A stretch of DNA of 34,587 bases from Chiloscyllium plagiosum (GCF_004010195.1 NC_057718.1:2212361-2246947); one strand, 5' to 3'; shown: positions 1 through 12,439, counted from the stretch's first letter. The notes: a model not told the origin generated them from the letters alone. Numbers and translations: made by a program.

Positions 1-118
1 GGGGGTGGGGTGCAGACAGGGTTGGGGGTGGACGGGTTCTGGGCGGAGTGGGGTGCAGACAGGGTTGGGGGTGGGGGTGGACAGGGTTGTGGAATGATGG
101 ACAGGGGTGGGTGGGGGT
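1..118. repeat. G-rich low-complexity tract with 27-bp direct repeat
   Basis: GTGGGGTGCAGACAGGGTTGGGGGTGG occurs at 5-31 and 48-74; many G3-G5 runs. Confidence 0.8.
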
Positions 119-374
119 TCGCACACAGTGCGCTTCTGTCTTGTCTCCTGAACAGGGAGCGGACCTGTACGAAAACTCTGAGCCCCAGAGGAGAGGCATT
201 GAATCAATTAACCGAATAATAAATTATCTGAACGGAATTGTGCCCGCCCCTCTCGTTCAGATAATCGAGTTCCCCTGTAACCATGTTCACTCATAACCAT
301 CTTCTTCGTCAGTGTGGACTCGACTAGTCCAATGGCCTGCTTCCACATTGTCGGAAGTCTGCTCTAAAAACACT

Positions 375-555
375 ATCAATCTCACTCACTAATACCCTTC
401 AGTGAAGAAAAACTGCCATCCTTACTTGGCATGAGCTACGTGTAACTCCAAACCTACAGCAACATGGCTCAGTCTTAACTGCCCTCTGGGCGATTAGGGA
501 TGGGCAATAAATGGTGGTCTAGTCAGGGATCACAGCCCGTAAATGAATTTTTAAA
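375..555 (+). mobile_element. SINE 3' portion (same family as 23515-23790)
   Basis: ctgccatccttac...ttaactgccctctgggcgattagggatgggcaataaat matches the reverse complement of 23515-23660; tail also matches 29880-29945. Confidence 0.65.
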
Positions 556-1924
556 AATAGCAAGGTGTCGCCAAAATATATAATCTTCTGATTAAGCGTA
601 TAAGCTTGGATTTAAAACTACAAAGAAGTAAAGTGAATATTTATAGTAAGCAAAGAAATTAAATGACAAGCAGGAACCTCAGTACTATGCAAAAGGTGAT
701 CAAATAAAAAGGAACAAAAATCAGCCTAGACAAGCTGTAAATAAGAATGACAGAACAAACATCGACAGAACTGACAGACACAAGGAGACGGAATAATTTC
801 TAATCATTGGCAGAAAGCCAAGTTGTAGGTCCACGGATAGCTGTGGAACCACAGTCACAGAAACCGAGAAATCAGTCAACGTCTCTCACATCTCATTCCA
901 AGACCACTCTCTCTGGTAATACACACAATGACAGGATTGCAGAATAAAGGACAGTTTTACAGGAAATACCAATGTGAATTGATGTGTGTTCGGAATGTCC
1001 CAGTCAATGCAAGTCGAAAAGCTCTCATGTTTTTCAGCAATACAAGCTCTGAGCGACCAAACGATGATGCTTTGATACTGTCAGCTCTGAGCCGGGACTG
1101 ACTGAGTCACTTTTCATGATGCAATCCTGACTGTAATTTTAATGATTGCTCTTTGTGGCTATTTCCATTACAGGTCTGTCAGATTATGTAATTCAGAAGA
1201 GGGCTGTATCTGCTTTAAGTGCTTCAATACTTTCAACACACCTGTGGCATGAATGTGGAAATCTTCCAATGATAAATCCCACAAGTGACTGAATCAAGTG
1301 CTCTAACTGCTTGTAGCTTTTCCCTGACACCAGCCTTGACCCTGGCCATTGAGAAGGGCTGCTCCTGGTTCAATACCTCCATTGTACATGGGCAGGATCA
1401 GGAGCTGGACGAAACACAGCAAGGAGAGGCCAAGGGCATGTCAGAGATTGGATCCATATCTCACTTTACATAAAATCAAGAGGCTCCCACTCCAAGTGAG
1501 GACTCTGTTCACCAGAATCACACTTCATCCATGAACACACTACTGTGTTCACAATGACATCCCATTTTTAAATACACAGAAATAGAGAAACTAGAGTTTT
1601 AGTTTGTGATAGTTTGCCAATCGTCTCTGTTCTAGATGATGTCTTCATGGCAGCTCAAATCATACAGCCAGGCAGGAAGGTATTCATCCCATCAGATGTG
1701 TACTGGGTGCTTGAAAAACAGCTCTGCATTGGAGGAATCACTCACTGTGGGACAAAATTCATTTCCCACCTTACCAACATGGTCACAGCTCATCACTGCC
1801 TGCTCCCTGTGCTATCCCTTCCTGTTTTCCTGCTTCACACACCCCCATAACTCCCCCTCACTGCTCTCTCCTCCCAGTCCCCTCCCTTCTCTTCCGATCT
1901 GTCTATGTTGTAAATATACTCAAT

Positions 1925-2492
1925 GGCTTGGCCTCCACAGCCCACTGCAGCAATGGGTTCCACAGATACACCACCCTCTTTCCCCTCTCTGTTCTAAAGG
2001 ATCATCCCTTCACTCTGAGACTGTGCCCTTCGGTCCTAGTCTCTCCCACTGAGTGGAAACATCTTCTCCATGTCCCTTCTCTCCAGATCTCTCAGTATTC
2101 TCTAAGGTTCAATCAGATCCCCCTCATCCTTCTAAACTCCATCACATACAGACCCAGAGTCCACAACCATTCCTCATATGACAAGCCTTTCATCCCCAGG
2201 ATCATTCCTGTAAACCCCACTCTGGACCCGCTCCAAGGTCAGCACATCCTTCCTTAGATAGGGAGCTCAAAACTGCTCCCAATATCCCAAATGTGATCTG
2301 ACCAGAGCCTTATACAGCCTCAGCAGTACATCTCTGCTCCTGTATTCTAGCCCTCTTCAAATGAATGCTAACATTGCATTTGCCTTCCTAACTGCCACCT
2401 GAACCTGCATGTTAATGTGAAGAGAATCCTAAACAAGGACACCCAAGTCTCTTTGTGTTTTCAGATTTGAAAAACAGTCTATGCCTCTATTC
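1925..2492 (-). mobile_element. CR1 LINE 3' fragment (RT C-terminus)
   Basis: Similar to the other CR1 3' copies (e.g. 6780-7388, 15612-16452); interrupted by a SINE at 2493-2812. Confidence 0.8.
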
Positions 2493-2812
2493 CCTAGAGT
2501 ATGGAAACAGGCCCTTCAGCCCAACAAGTCCACACCAACTCCGAAGGATAACCCACCCAGACCCATTCTCCCTACCCTATATTTGCCCCTGACTAATGCA
2601 CCTAACCTACACATCTCTGAACACTATGACAATTTAGCATGGCCAATTCACCTGACCTGCACATCTTCAGACTGTGGGAGGTAACCGGAGCACCCGGAGG
2701 AAACCCACGCAGACACGGGGAGAATGTGCAAACTCCATACAGACAGACAGTCACCTGAGGGTGGAATCGAACCCGGGTCCCTGGAGCTGTGAGGCAGCAG
2801 TGTTAACCACTG
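2493..2812 (-). mobile_element. tRNA-derived V-SINE (HE1-like)
   Basis: Minus strand has B box GGGTTCGATTCC (2774-2763), V-domain GGAGTTTGCACATTCTCCCCGTGTCTGCGTGGGTTTCCTCC and a CR1-like 3' tail; second copy at 27297-27460. Confidence 0.85.
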
Positions 2813-3345
2813 CTTACTCTTCCAAACAAAGTATATAACCTCACACTTTCCCACACTGTACTGGATCTGCCACTTCTTTGCCCACTCTCCTAGCCTGTCC
2901 ATGTCTTTCTGCAGCCTCCTAGCTTCCTCAACATGATCTGTCCCTTCACCTAGCTTTGTGTTATCTACAAACTTAGCAATAATGTCCTCGGTTCTTCATC
3001 CACGCTATGAATGTATAATGTGAATAGATGTGGTCCCAACAGTGGAGGTCTGCTAGTCGCTAGTTGTCATCCTGAAAAAGATCTCTTTATCCCCACTCTC
3101 TGCCTTCTGCCAGTCAACCAATCCTCTATCCATGCCAGTACCTTGTCCCTAACACCATGGGCTCCTATATTATTTAGCAGCCTCCTGTGCAGCAGGTCTG
3201 GAAATCCAAATAAGGTCACGTCCACTGGTTTTCCTTTGACTAGCTTGTTTGTTACCGCATCAAAGAACTCAAACAGATTTGTCAGGATGACCTCCCCTTG
3301 ACAAATCTATGCTCAGTCTTATTTTACCATGCACTTCCAAATCGT
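2813..3345 (-). mobile_element. CR1 LINE RT fragment (continuation of 1925-2492)
   Basis: ORF 2648-2902(-) reads DRLGEWAKKWQIQYSVGKCEVI, typical of CR1 RT. Confidence 0.8.
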
Positions 3346-4519
3346 TCCAACACAAACCTCTTTTTGTCACGTGATTTTATGCCCACATCCATGAGTTTGT
3401 GTTCCAGACAGACCGGTCAAGGAGAAAGCAAGATGGAGAACTGTCTTCAGGCTTGTGTTTCTGTTCTAACTCTTTGTTACATAATGGAAAAGAAAGGCTG
3501 TAACAAGTGAGATTTTGAGACACACCATTCTTACTGTTACATTATTGAAAGAGTACTCCATAAACTCTATTCTCTAATACGAGTTTATCTTCTTCATTTG
3601 CTTCTCTCTATGTATTTCTAACATTCACACAGTTAGATTGCAGGCTCCTGCCTACTTCTCCATGTGTTTTTCTCTGCTGCCCTTACTCCACCCACTCTGT
3701 AATATTTGTACCCAATGGGGAACAGCTTTGTGACATCATGAGGTTACTCCAGGGTCCTAAAGCCTTTACACACAAAAAACCAAGTGAACATCTGATTTCT
3801 CTCAGAGGAAGACTAGGAAAGGACTCAGGGTTATAATGATATGGAGTGTTTATAGAAATTGAAGTAACAATTGAAATTGATAGAGAATGGCCTGGACGTT
3901 ATAGTAAGCGTGAATTTGCTGACAGCACTGTATGGCCAAATATACTCTTGTGAGGACTAAATGCTTGTTTAAATCGGGTGTTCTCGAAGTAAAGTCCTTC
4001 CAGCATTAACTTTGTATAGACAGTACCTCACTCTGCAAATCTTGCTGCAGCTGCATTTTAATTAGCCATTAAACTTGCCACAGGAACTTAAATATTGTAT
4101 TTACCAGAGTAACCTTTTAATGATCCAATAATTGTTCGTAACTATCAAGTCAATTTCTTACCCGAAGATGAATCACTTGGTTTGAAACTTCTTTTACTGC
4201 CATTGTAGATTTTAAAATGTCAGCTTTGTTTTTAAATTGTGCTGTTCCTTTCTGAGCTCTGCAGTTCTCTCTTCTACCCACTATTTGTTCCTCTCACTTT
4301 ATTTCTCTTCCTGCATCTCACTTGACACTGAATTCCCTCAAATCAAACTCCCCTGCCTTCTCAAATCTTTCATCTCACTGGTTCAGGATGTGCTGCAGTT
4401 CACAACGATTCTCAATATCCCATTGGACTCAGTGAGTGAGTGTGAGCTGAGGTGCACAAGGGAAAGTCTAACTAATGCTAGCTTTCTACACCCAGTTTTT
4501 AAAAAATCTAAAACAGGTG

Positions 4520-4853
4520 TATTGACATCTAGACTCAAGACATTAGCTAACTCTCAATGGATGCTAGGAGAAAGGGAGGACTGCAGATGCTGGAGATCAG
4601 AGTTGAGAGTGTAGTGCTGGAAAAGCGCAGCAGGTCAGGCAGCATCTGAGCAGCAGGAGTATCGACATTTCAAGCATAAACTCTGATTCCTAATGAAGAG
4701 CTTATGCTCAAAACGTCGACTCTCCTGCTCCTCAGATGCTGCCTGACTGGCTGTGCTTTTCCAGCAACACACACTTTGACTCCATGGATGCTCCCTGACC
4801 TGCTGCGATTTCCAGCGTTTGTTGTTTTCAGTACAGATTACAGCTTCTGCAGT
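4520..4853 (+). mobile_element. Old PLE terminal-repeat (pLTR) copy split by a nested fold-back insertion
   Basis: catctagactcaagacattagct...atggatgct | ccctgacctgctgcgatttccagc...cagcttctgcagta resembles the pLTRs at 8277 and 19392. Confidence 0.55.
4566..4779. mobile_element. Fold-back PLE pLTR insertion (family A)
   Basis: Inverted arms around a degenerate hammerhead motif; flanked by CTCAATGGATGCT (4553-4565) and CTCCATGGATGCT (4780-4792). Confidence 0.8.
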
Positions 4854-5559
4854 AATGTGGTACACATTGACAATGAATACAGTCTTAGCTCAACCTCCAG
4901 TCAATGTATTTGCCCGAAGCTAGCTCCTTCTAGGAACCATTTTGAGTCCTGTTTACAAAGATTGAGGAAGTTTAGATGCATCAAGCTCCTCTTGTAATAA
5001 GCAAAGTGTCAGTCTGATTGCAATGCAACAGGACCTCACCTACCTTCACAGGTTCCTGAACTGAACTACCCAGCTCAGTATATTAGCAGGGGCCCACAGA
5101 AAATTCCTTATCCTGTTTTCCAACCTGAGGGACTTTGTGTTTGAGTTGGATTGGAGGGGGAAGAGACAGTCAAATGGACACAGGAGGAACTGGGAGAGGG
5201 TGGCTGGGTGGAATGTATCCCATGTGAGGGAAAAACATTATTTGAGAATGATGAGTCATCCGTGGCTAAGAAAGAAATTTAAAGATTGCATGATTGTATT
5301 TAATTGAATGAAGGACAAGATATGCATATCTGTAAAGATTAACAGTAGGTCAGATGATTTGACAGACTTTAAGAACCAATGAAACATGACAAACAAAGTA
5401 TTAGAAATAATACTTTGGTAATTTTTAAATATGAGTTTGTATTGTAATACAAAAACAGCAAGAGATTGGACAAATATTAAAATAAGAAAGGAGGAACTGA
5501 AATTGGTGTTGGTTCAGAGTGATAGAGAAAGAGAGAGAGAGACAGAAAGATAGAGAGAG

Positions 5560-6470
5560 CAAGGGATTGATATCAGAAAACAGGTAATGAAAAGAGGCTT
5601 GAAACAGCTGTTTAGCATCTGTCTTCACAGTCAAAAACTTGGAAAATGTCCCAAAATTAAGGGAAAATGAAGAGGTGACAACAAGGGATAAACTTAAAGC
5701 AATTGCCATCATTAAAGAGAAGAGCTTAGGAAAATGATTGAACCCAAAGGCTGATCAGTCCCAGGAGCAGATGGTCTGAGGCTTCATGTCTTCACTGTGA
5801 TATCGGCACTGATAATTCATCCACTGGTTAGAGTAATCCAAAACTCCAGAGCTTTGGGAAGGGTCTCAGTGGGTTGAGAAATAACAAAAGCAACAACTTT
5901 AAATCAACAAAGCAGGGACAAACAGACCAGTAACACGTCTATCAGAGGAAGAAGAGAAAAGACTATTCTGAAGGAAATTATAGAAGAATAATTAGCAAAG
6001 CACAATGTGAACAGACAAAACCACCATGTTTTTATGAAAGAGAAACTGTGCTTAGCTATTGGGTTAAACTCTTTTGACAATATAGTGTGAATGGAGGATA
6101 GAGAGGGAACTGATAGATGTGCTAAACTTAGATTTCCAAAAGGCATTCAGTAAGCTGCTACATTACAATTTGCTAACAGCACATGTCGTAGGGGGCAACA
6201 TGTTAACATGGGTAAAGGGACTGCTTCACCTGTAGGAAGAGAACGTAGGGATAATTGGGTCATTTCCAGATTAGTGGACTCGACCAAGTGCAGTGCCACA
6301 GGGATCATGTTGTGGTTTAACTATTTACAACCATCAGAGCTACATTTGCTGATGCCTCCAAACCAGTTAGGAAAGTAAGTCGTCAAGAGATGGTAAGGAG
6401 TCCGCAACTAGATGTTGACAGGTTAAACAAGAGGGTATATACCACGGGTAAATATTCACCTGTTCTCTTT
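5560..6470 (+). mobile_element. Highly degenerate CR1 ORF2 (RT core)
   Basis: Decayed motifs: ASVFT (~5615), LDFQKAF (6128-6148), VPQGS (~6293), FAD (~6345). Confidence 0.75.
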
Positions 6471-6500
6471 GGCATAAACAAAAAAAAGTAAAAAACAATT

Positions 6501-6630
6501 CTGAAGGAGACACTCATATTGGACCTGAAACGTTAACTCTGTTTCCCTCTCTCCACCAATGCTGTCAGACCTGATGAGTAATTTCTACCATTATTACAAA
6601 TTTCCAGCATCTCAGTATTCTGATTTTATC
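6501..6630 (+). mobile_element. Degenerate PLE pLTR (family B)
   Basis: ctgaagga...ggacctgaaacgttaactctg...atgctgtcagacctg...ttccagcatct. Confidence 0.6.
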
Positions 6631-6686
6631 TGAAAAGCTAACAATCATGTAAATGGAGAGAGAACGTAGGACTCAGTGACACAGAG

Positions 6687-7388
6687 ACAATAGACAATAG
6701 ACAATCGGTGCAGGAGTAGGCCATTCTGCCCTTCGAGCCTGCACCACCATTCAATATGATCATGGCTGATCATCCTTAATCAGTATCCTGTTCCTGCCTT
6801 ATCTCCATAACCCTTGATTCCACTATCCTTGACAGCTCTATCCAACTCTTTCTTAAATGAATCCAGAGACTGGGCCTTCACTGCCCTCTGGAGTAGAGCA
6901 TTCCACACAGCCACCACTCTCTGGGTGAAGAAGTTTTTCCTCATCTCTGTCCTAAATGGTCTACCCCGTATTTTTAAGCTGTCCCCTCTGGTTCGGGACT
7001 CACCCATCAGTGGAAACATGTTTCCTGCCTCCAGAGTGTCCAATCCTTTAATAATCTTATATGTCTCAATCAGATACCCTCTCACTCTTCTAAACACAAG
7101 GGCATACAAGCCCAGCCACTCCAGTTTTTCAGCGTAAGATAGTCCCGCCATTCCAGGAATTGACCTCGTGAACCTACGCTGCACTCCCTCAATAGCCAGA
7201 ATGTCTTTCCTCAAATTTGGAGACCAGAACTGCACACAAATTTGGAGACCAGGTGCAGTCTCACCAGGGCCCTGTACAGCTGCAGAAGAACCTCTTTGCT
7301 TCTATACTCAATCCCTCTTGTTATGAAGGCCAGCATTCTATTAGCCTTCTTCACTACCTGCTGTACCTGCATGCTTACCTTCATTAAC
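6687..7388 (-). mobile_element. Relatively young CR1 3' end nested in the old CR1
   Basis: 151-aa ORF 6780-7235 (QFWSPNLRKDILAIEGVQRRFTR...FFTQRVVAVWNAL); 3' UTR stem GGTGCAGG/CCTGCACC; (ATTGTCT)n tail read as ACAATAG repeats at 6687-6705. Confidence 0.92.
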
Positions 7389-7409
7389 AGGGGTCACTCC
7401 ACCCTGGGG

Positions 7410-7800
7410 TGTGAATGACAAAATGTTAGCATGCAACAAGTCAGAAGAGAGAGGAGTGAAATGCATTGTAACATAAAAGTCAGGAAGATTCATTTCACCA
7501 CAGCATTGGCGAGACCACATCCAGAGTATAGTGTACACTATGTCCACTTCTAGTCTCCTTATTTGAAAAATAATAAAATTACTTTAGAAACAGTTCAGAG
7601 CAGGTTCATTCAATACATTTATGGGACAAAGGGCTTATTTAATGGGGAAAAGGTTGAACATTTCATTATCCACTGGAGTACAGAATAATGAGAAGTGATC
7701 TTATTACAACAAGAAAGATCTTGAAGGGGCTGGATTGGTTGGATCCCAGGAGGATATATCATCTCGTGTAGGAAATAACATAAAAATAAACCTGAAATAG
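7410..7800 (+). mobile_element. Degenerate CR1 RT C-terminus (continuation of 5560-6685)
   Basis: gagaccacatccagagtatagtgtacac resembles RPHLEYCVQ; agaagtgatcttatt resembles RGDLI. Confidence 0.6.
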
Positions 7801-7893
7801 AAACTCACATATACACAGTAACTGTAATGTATGAGTAATCTCAAAACATTCCTTTATAAAAATGCAAAAGAAACAAAACATTTGTAAAATACC

Positions 7894-8065
7894 TAGGAGA
7901 AAGTGAGGACTGCAGATGCTGGAGATCAGAGCTGGAAAATGTGTTGCTGGAAAAGCGTAGATCAGGCAGCATCCAAGGAGCAGGAAAATCGAAGTTTTGG
8001 GCATAAGCCCTTCTTCAGAAAAGGCTCTTTGGATGCTGCCTGACCTGCTGCGCTTTTCCAGCAAC
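7894..8065. mobile_element. Fold-back PLE pLTR insertion (family A)
   Basis: Perfect 16-bp direct repeat ACATTTGTAAAATACC at 7878-7893 and 8066-8081; inverted arms. Confidence 0.88.
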
Positions 8066-8276
8066 ACATTTGTAAAATACCGTTACATCGGCATGTTTTG
8101 AGTATTTAAAACACCATTGGTACAATACTGATACTCAAGTTGTTATATCTAACACCTGGACAGGTTTAATGTGGATTAAAGATTTAGACTGAAACTGAAA
8201 ATAACTTCTTCCTGGGGCTATCACACACCTGCTTGAATATGCTCAGCTGTGTGCTGAACTGCGGTGTTGAATTAAT

Positions 8277-8368
8277 CTGAGGAAGGGTCACTGGACCTGA
8301 AACATTAACTTGCTCTCTCCAAAGATGCTGCCAGACCCGAAGTTCTCCAGCAATTTTGCATTTTGTTA
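8277..8368 (+). mobile_element. PLE pLTR (family B) with hammerhead-like motif
   Basis: CTGAGGA-A-GGGTC-ACTG-GACCT-GAAA-CATT followed by agatgctgccagacc...ctccagcaatt. Confidence 0.7.
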
Positions 8369-8904
8369 CTAACTATGGGAACCCAGTTCAGGAGAACTGC
8401 TGTTATACAGCCAACCTATTCCAAGTGGGATTACCCCACTCAAAGTCAAACCTAAGAGTAAAAGACTCTCTCTCGAAACCATGAGCACTTCCATAAATCA
8501 AACCACCTTTCAGAACTCAGTAACAAACGTGAAGCCCCATTATTTCTTGTGATGGGTTAAAAACAAGCTATTTAAAGAATCAAAAACTGGCTCCAAAGCC
8601 AGACTTCAAAACCATGTTTAAAATAAAATCAACATGACGACAGGAAGGTGTACTGGACATGTTAATTATTAACTTCTGTCACACAGAAAAACCAGATACC
8701 CAAACTCACAACAATAAATTATATGTCAGTCATTCAGTTGACATCCCAGGAGCTGGGACCACAACCAGATGAGCCATGAGTTGACTGAATGTACAGCAGC
8801 TCAAAGGGCCAAATGGCCTATTCCTGCTCCTTTTTCAACGTTTCTCCAAGTCCCTTCAACTCTCTCAGCCAAGGGAGTTTTCAGAAAATGGACAGTGTGG
8901 GTAC

Positions 8905-9382
8905 AAATGCTAATTCTAGGAAGGATGTGGAAGCATTGGAAAGGGTGCAGAGGAGATTTACCAGGATGTTGCCTGGTATGGAGGGAAGGTCTAATGAAGA
9001 AATGCTGAGTGACTTGAGGCTGTTTTAGATAGAGAAAAGAATATTGAGAGGTGGTTTAATTGACAGAGGGTTAGATAGGATGGACTGTGAGTCTTTTTCC
9101 TCAGATGGGGATGGCTAGCATGAGGGGACATAGCTTTGAACTGAGGGATGATAGATATAGGACAGATGTCAGAAGTAGGTCGTTTAGTCAGAGAGTAGCA
9201 GGGGGGTGTGGAATTCTCTACTTGCAATAGTAGTAGACTCACTAACTTTAAGGGTATTTAAATGGTCATTGGATAGGTATATGGATGAAAATGGAATAGT
9301 GTAGGTTAGATTGGCTTAAGATTGGATTCACAGTTTGGCACAACATCGAGGGCTGAAGGGCCTATACTGCTGTAATGTTCTA
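8905..9382 (+). mobile_element. CR1 3' end
   Basis: [23 protein letters not shown]; same subfamily as 22500-23205; ends ctgtaatgttct. Confidence 0.88.
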
Positions 9383-10104
9383 ACTGGTCAGACAGCATAG
9401 AAGCAGAATCCTTGCAAGCAACTCATTTAGATGTAAACTCCGAGACACCATCGTTCTCCATGGAGAATAGTGAACCGATTCAGCTGGGTGCTCACTCCAT
9501 CGACTCAGGAGCTTCAGATTGCTCGGTGCTCTCTCCCTGTCACCCAATCACACGCGGCACTCAATCCTCAGCTAAATGAATGGCCAATCATGGACCGGGT
9601 CTAATGCTTCTGAATCAGATAGAGCACAGCTCTTGTGTTACCAGTTTATGAAAGGATACATCACAGTATCTTGCACCATCAACAGGCCATTCGCTCAGAA
9701 AACCACCTCTTCACTTCAACTTGAAAACCCTCACTGTACAGTCTATCTATTCGCAGCCATCGGTTAGATCCTGGCTTGATAACTGGTTTTCCAGAATAGC
9801 GTAATGGAGGCTTAGCCCGGCCATGAACATAGAGCAGCTTAGTCAACCTCAGGATGTTGTGGCGGACCCATTTACAGAAATATAATGACAAAGGCCAAGG
9901 AGGTGACGTTCTATTCAAACTAAGAATGAGCTGTGTGTTTCACGCAATTCTCAGAAGATTCTTTATTTTGAACAGTACACCTAATTGCACTCTGCTTACT
10001 GCTGATGACACACTACTCCAGTACAGATGTGATGAGCAGAGTGTTGTTTTTCTGAGCTATAATAATTCTATTGCTCTTTCTTACAAAAGAGTGACAATAC
10101 AGAG

Positions 10105-10212
10105 TTTCTGGAGAGTTGTCACTGGATTGGAGACACAGATGCTGCTGCGTTTCTCCAGCAATTTCTGCTTTTATTTCTGATCTTCAGCAGCTCAGTATTT
10201 TGCTTTCATTTT
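10105..10212 (+). mobile_element. Degenerate PLE pLTR (family B)
   Basis: gtcactgga...cagatgctgc...ttctccagcaatttctgcttttatttctgatcttcagca. Confidence 0.5.
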
Positions 10213-10549
10213 AGTTTGGGGAATAAGTGTTTTATAAAGATCTGACAGCAATTCAAAAACAGATCCGCTCAAACTCACACACCAATTTGACAAACACTAA
10301 AGAAACAATTCTATCTCCAGAAATATTGAAGGTTACTTTTAAAGCTTCATAGTTCATGTGTTGGATTGCTCGTCTAGCCATCCCAAGTGACTGAGAAGCA
10401 TAAATCTCTTTTATTCTAATCTATCGGTCACATTTTGGAGAAAGAAACCAAACTAAAACAAGACCAGTAGATTTACAGTTCGCTTCAAGGAGGGAAACAC
10501 TTGACACACTGCACCAATGGTCAAGAAACAAATGATATTTGTCTCAACA

Positions 10550-10935
10550 GTGTGGATTATAAAGCACCTTTCATATAGTCAGTGACAGGGCCATCCAGAG
10601 GAATGTCATCAAATAAAACACACAAGGCGACATAAGGTCATATTGGTGTAATGTTTAGCCAAATAGAGTGTTTTTCCACAGTGTCTTAAGGAAAGAGAGA
10701 GGTTTAGGGAGGAAATTCCAGAGCTCCAAGCCCAGAGAGGTGAAGGCACAGCTGCCAATGGTGACCTGATGGAAATAGAGGATGCCTCAAGAGGCCAGAG
10801 TTAGGGATGCAGAGATTTCAGAGGCTAGAGGAGGTTAGAGACAGGAAGAGGGAGGTGGCTGTGGAGGGGTTTGTAAATAAGGATGAGAGTATTATGAGGA
10901 GCCAATGTAGGTCAGCGATCCCAGAGGGTGATGTG
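10550..10935 (-). mobile_element. L2-like LINE 3' end, degenerate
   Basis: Purine-rich plus strand with gggaggaaattccagagc and tgaaggcacagctgccaatggtg, recalled as an L2-type 3' region. Confidence 0.45.
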
Positions 10936-11542
10936 TTAACAAGTGTCCACATTCACAATGCAATGTTCAGGGGCCTACTCTCATCCCACACAGTGTTAGG
11001 GTTAACTTTACTCAATATTGCACACTTTCCCAGTGTTACAGGGAGTCCAGATGGTTTCTCTGCCAAAGGTGGACGTACTATATTATTACAGACCATGAGG
11101 GTATACACGGTTCTGGTAGACTTCCAAATCCAAAATCATACCAAGGCCAACATAATGAAGCTGACCTTCAGGAAGCCGGCCTCCCTTTTGTCAATCACCC
11201 CAACGTGAATCACAGTCAAGGTGCCTCATCACAAATGTGACCAACAAGCAAACCCCAGGGACCAGGAAACAGCTGCTGAGACCTGAGTAGAAGACCCTCC
11301 CATTCCCGGGAATATCAGCACCCATAATCAGGAATGGGGAAACTGACTGCCAGCTGGTGAATGTTAATGATGAGAGCTCAGGCCCCAGCTCCAGATAAAC
11401 ATAAAGGCACTGCAAAACCTGATCACTAAGGTGGTGAGACAGCTGATCATCGGAATTTTATCTCAAAAGATATAAAGTTCAAAATGTAATGATGAAACAG
11501 GTATCCTACAATATTTGGAAATGGACTCTCCTCCTGACCATT

Positions 11543-11756
11543 GAGGAGAAAGTGAGGACTGCAGATGCTGGAGATCAGAGCTGAAAATGTGTTGCTGGAA
11601 AAGCGCAGCAGGTCAGGCAGCATCCAGGGAACAGGAGAATCGACGTTTCGGGCATAAGCCCTTCTTCAGGAAGAAGGGCTTATGCCCGAAACGTCAATTC
11701 TCCTGTTCCCTGGATGCTGCCTGACCTGCTGCGCTTTTCCAGCAACACATTTTCAG
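11543..11756. mobile_element. Young fold-back PLE pLTR insertion (family A)
   Basis: 90-bp arms 11578-11667 and 11670-11759 with one mismatch and a 2-nt loop; 15-bp TSD CTCCTCCTGACCATT at 11528-11542 and 11757-11771. Confidence 0.93.
11642..11669 (-). ncRNA. Minimal hammerhead ribozyme motif (PLE type)
   Basis: Minus strand reads CUGAAGA-A-GGGC-UUAU-GCCC-GAAA-CG-UC: core boxes, stem II, palindromic ACGU stem III, GUC cleavage triplet. Confidence 0.7.
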
Positions 11757-12014
11757 CTCCTCCTGACCATTCCACTGAACAGTGCAACACCATGAATTGT
11801 TGAAGAATTGGATTAACTTCAGAGAACTCCAGGTCATTGTGTTTGATTCCTGTTCTCAGTCACTCAGTGTGGACCCTGGGTTTCTTGGAATGTTGTCATC
11901 TTGTCTCATTCATTTCAATGACATGAAGATGTGAAGACCTTGTGTAACTTGTTTCCAAAACCCATAACCTTCGATGATTTTCTTTTTGAAGTCAACGTCA
12001 GATAGCAACTACTT

Positions 12015-12370
12015 AGACTTTGTGTGCAGTTCTGGAATCCACGTTATAGGAGGGACGTAATAGCACTGGAGATGGTGCAGAGGACATTCACCAGGATGTT
12101 GCCTGGGCTGGAGAGTTTGCAGTCTGAAGTGAGATTGGATAGACTGGGATTGTTTTCCTTAGAGCAGACATGATTGGGGGGGAACATGAACAAGATGGAT
12201 ATGACAGGGGGCATTGACAGGGTCGATAGGAAGGGCCTGTTCCCCTTGTTGGAAGGATCAATGACCAGGAGCAGAGTTTTAAGGGAAGGGGCAAAAGGTT
12301 TGGAGGAGATGTGAGAAAAAACCTTTTTCACCCAGAGATTGGTGAGAATCAGGAACTTACTATCAATTAG
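12015..12370 (+). mobile_element. CR1 RT C-terminal fragment
   Basis: tgtgtgcagttctgg (CVQFW), ttcaccaggatgttgcctggg (FTRMLPG), tttttcacccagaga (FFTQR). Confidence 0.8.
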
Positions 12371-12439
12371 GGCTTTTTTCTGTCCTGTAGATCTCTACAA
12401 TTCTATGATTCAAATCATCCCGAAATTCCTCTGGTTATA

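Noticed and set aside
2755..2812. tRNA gene (also 27297-27355)
   Set aside because: A/B boxes run into SINE body sequence and no full cloverleaf is present.
7212..7252. 16-bp direct repeat CAAATTTGGAGACCAG inside a CR1
   Set aside because: Local slippage duplication that simply breaks the RT frame.
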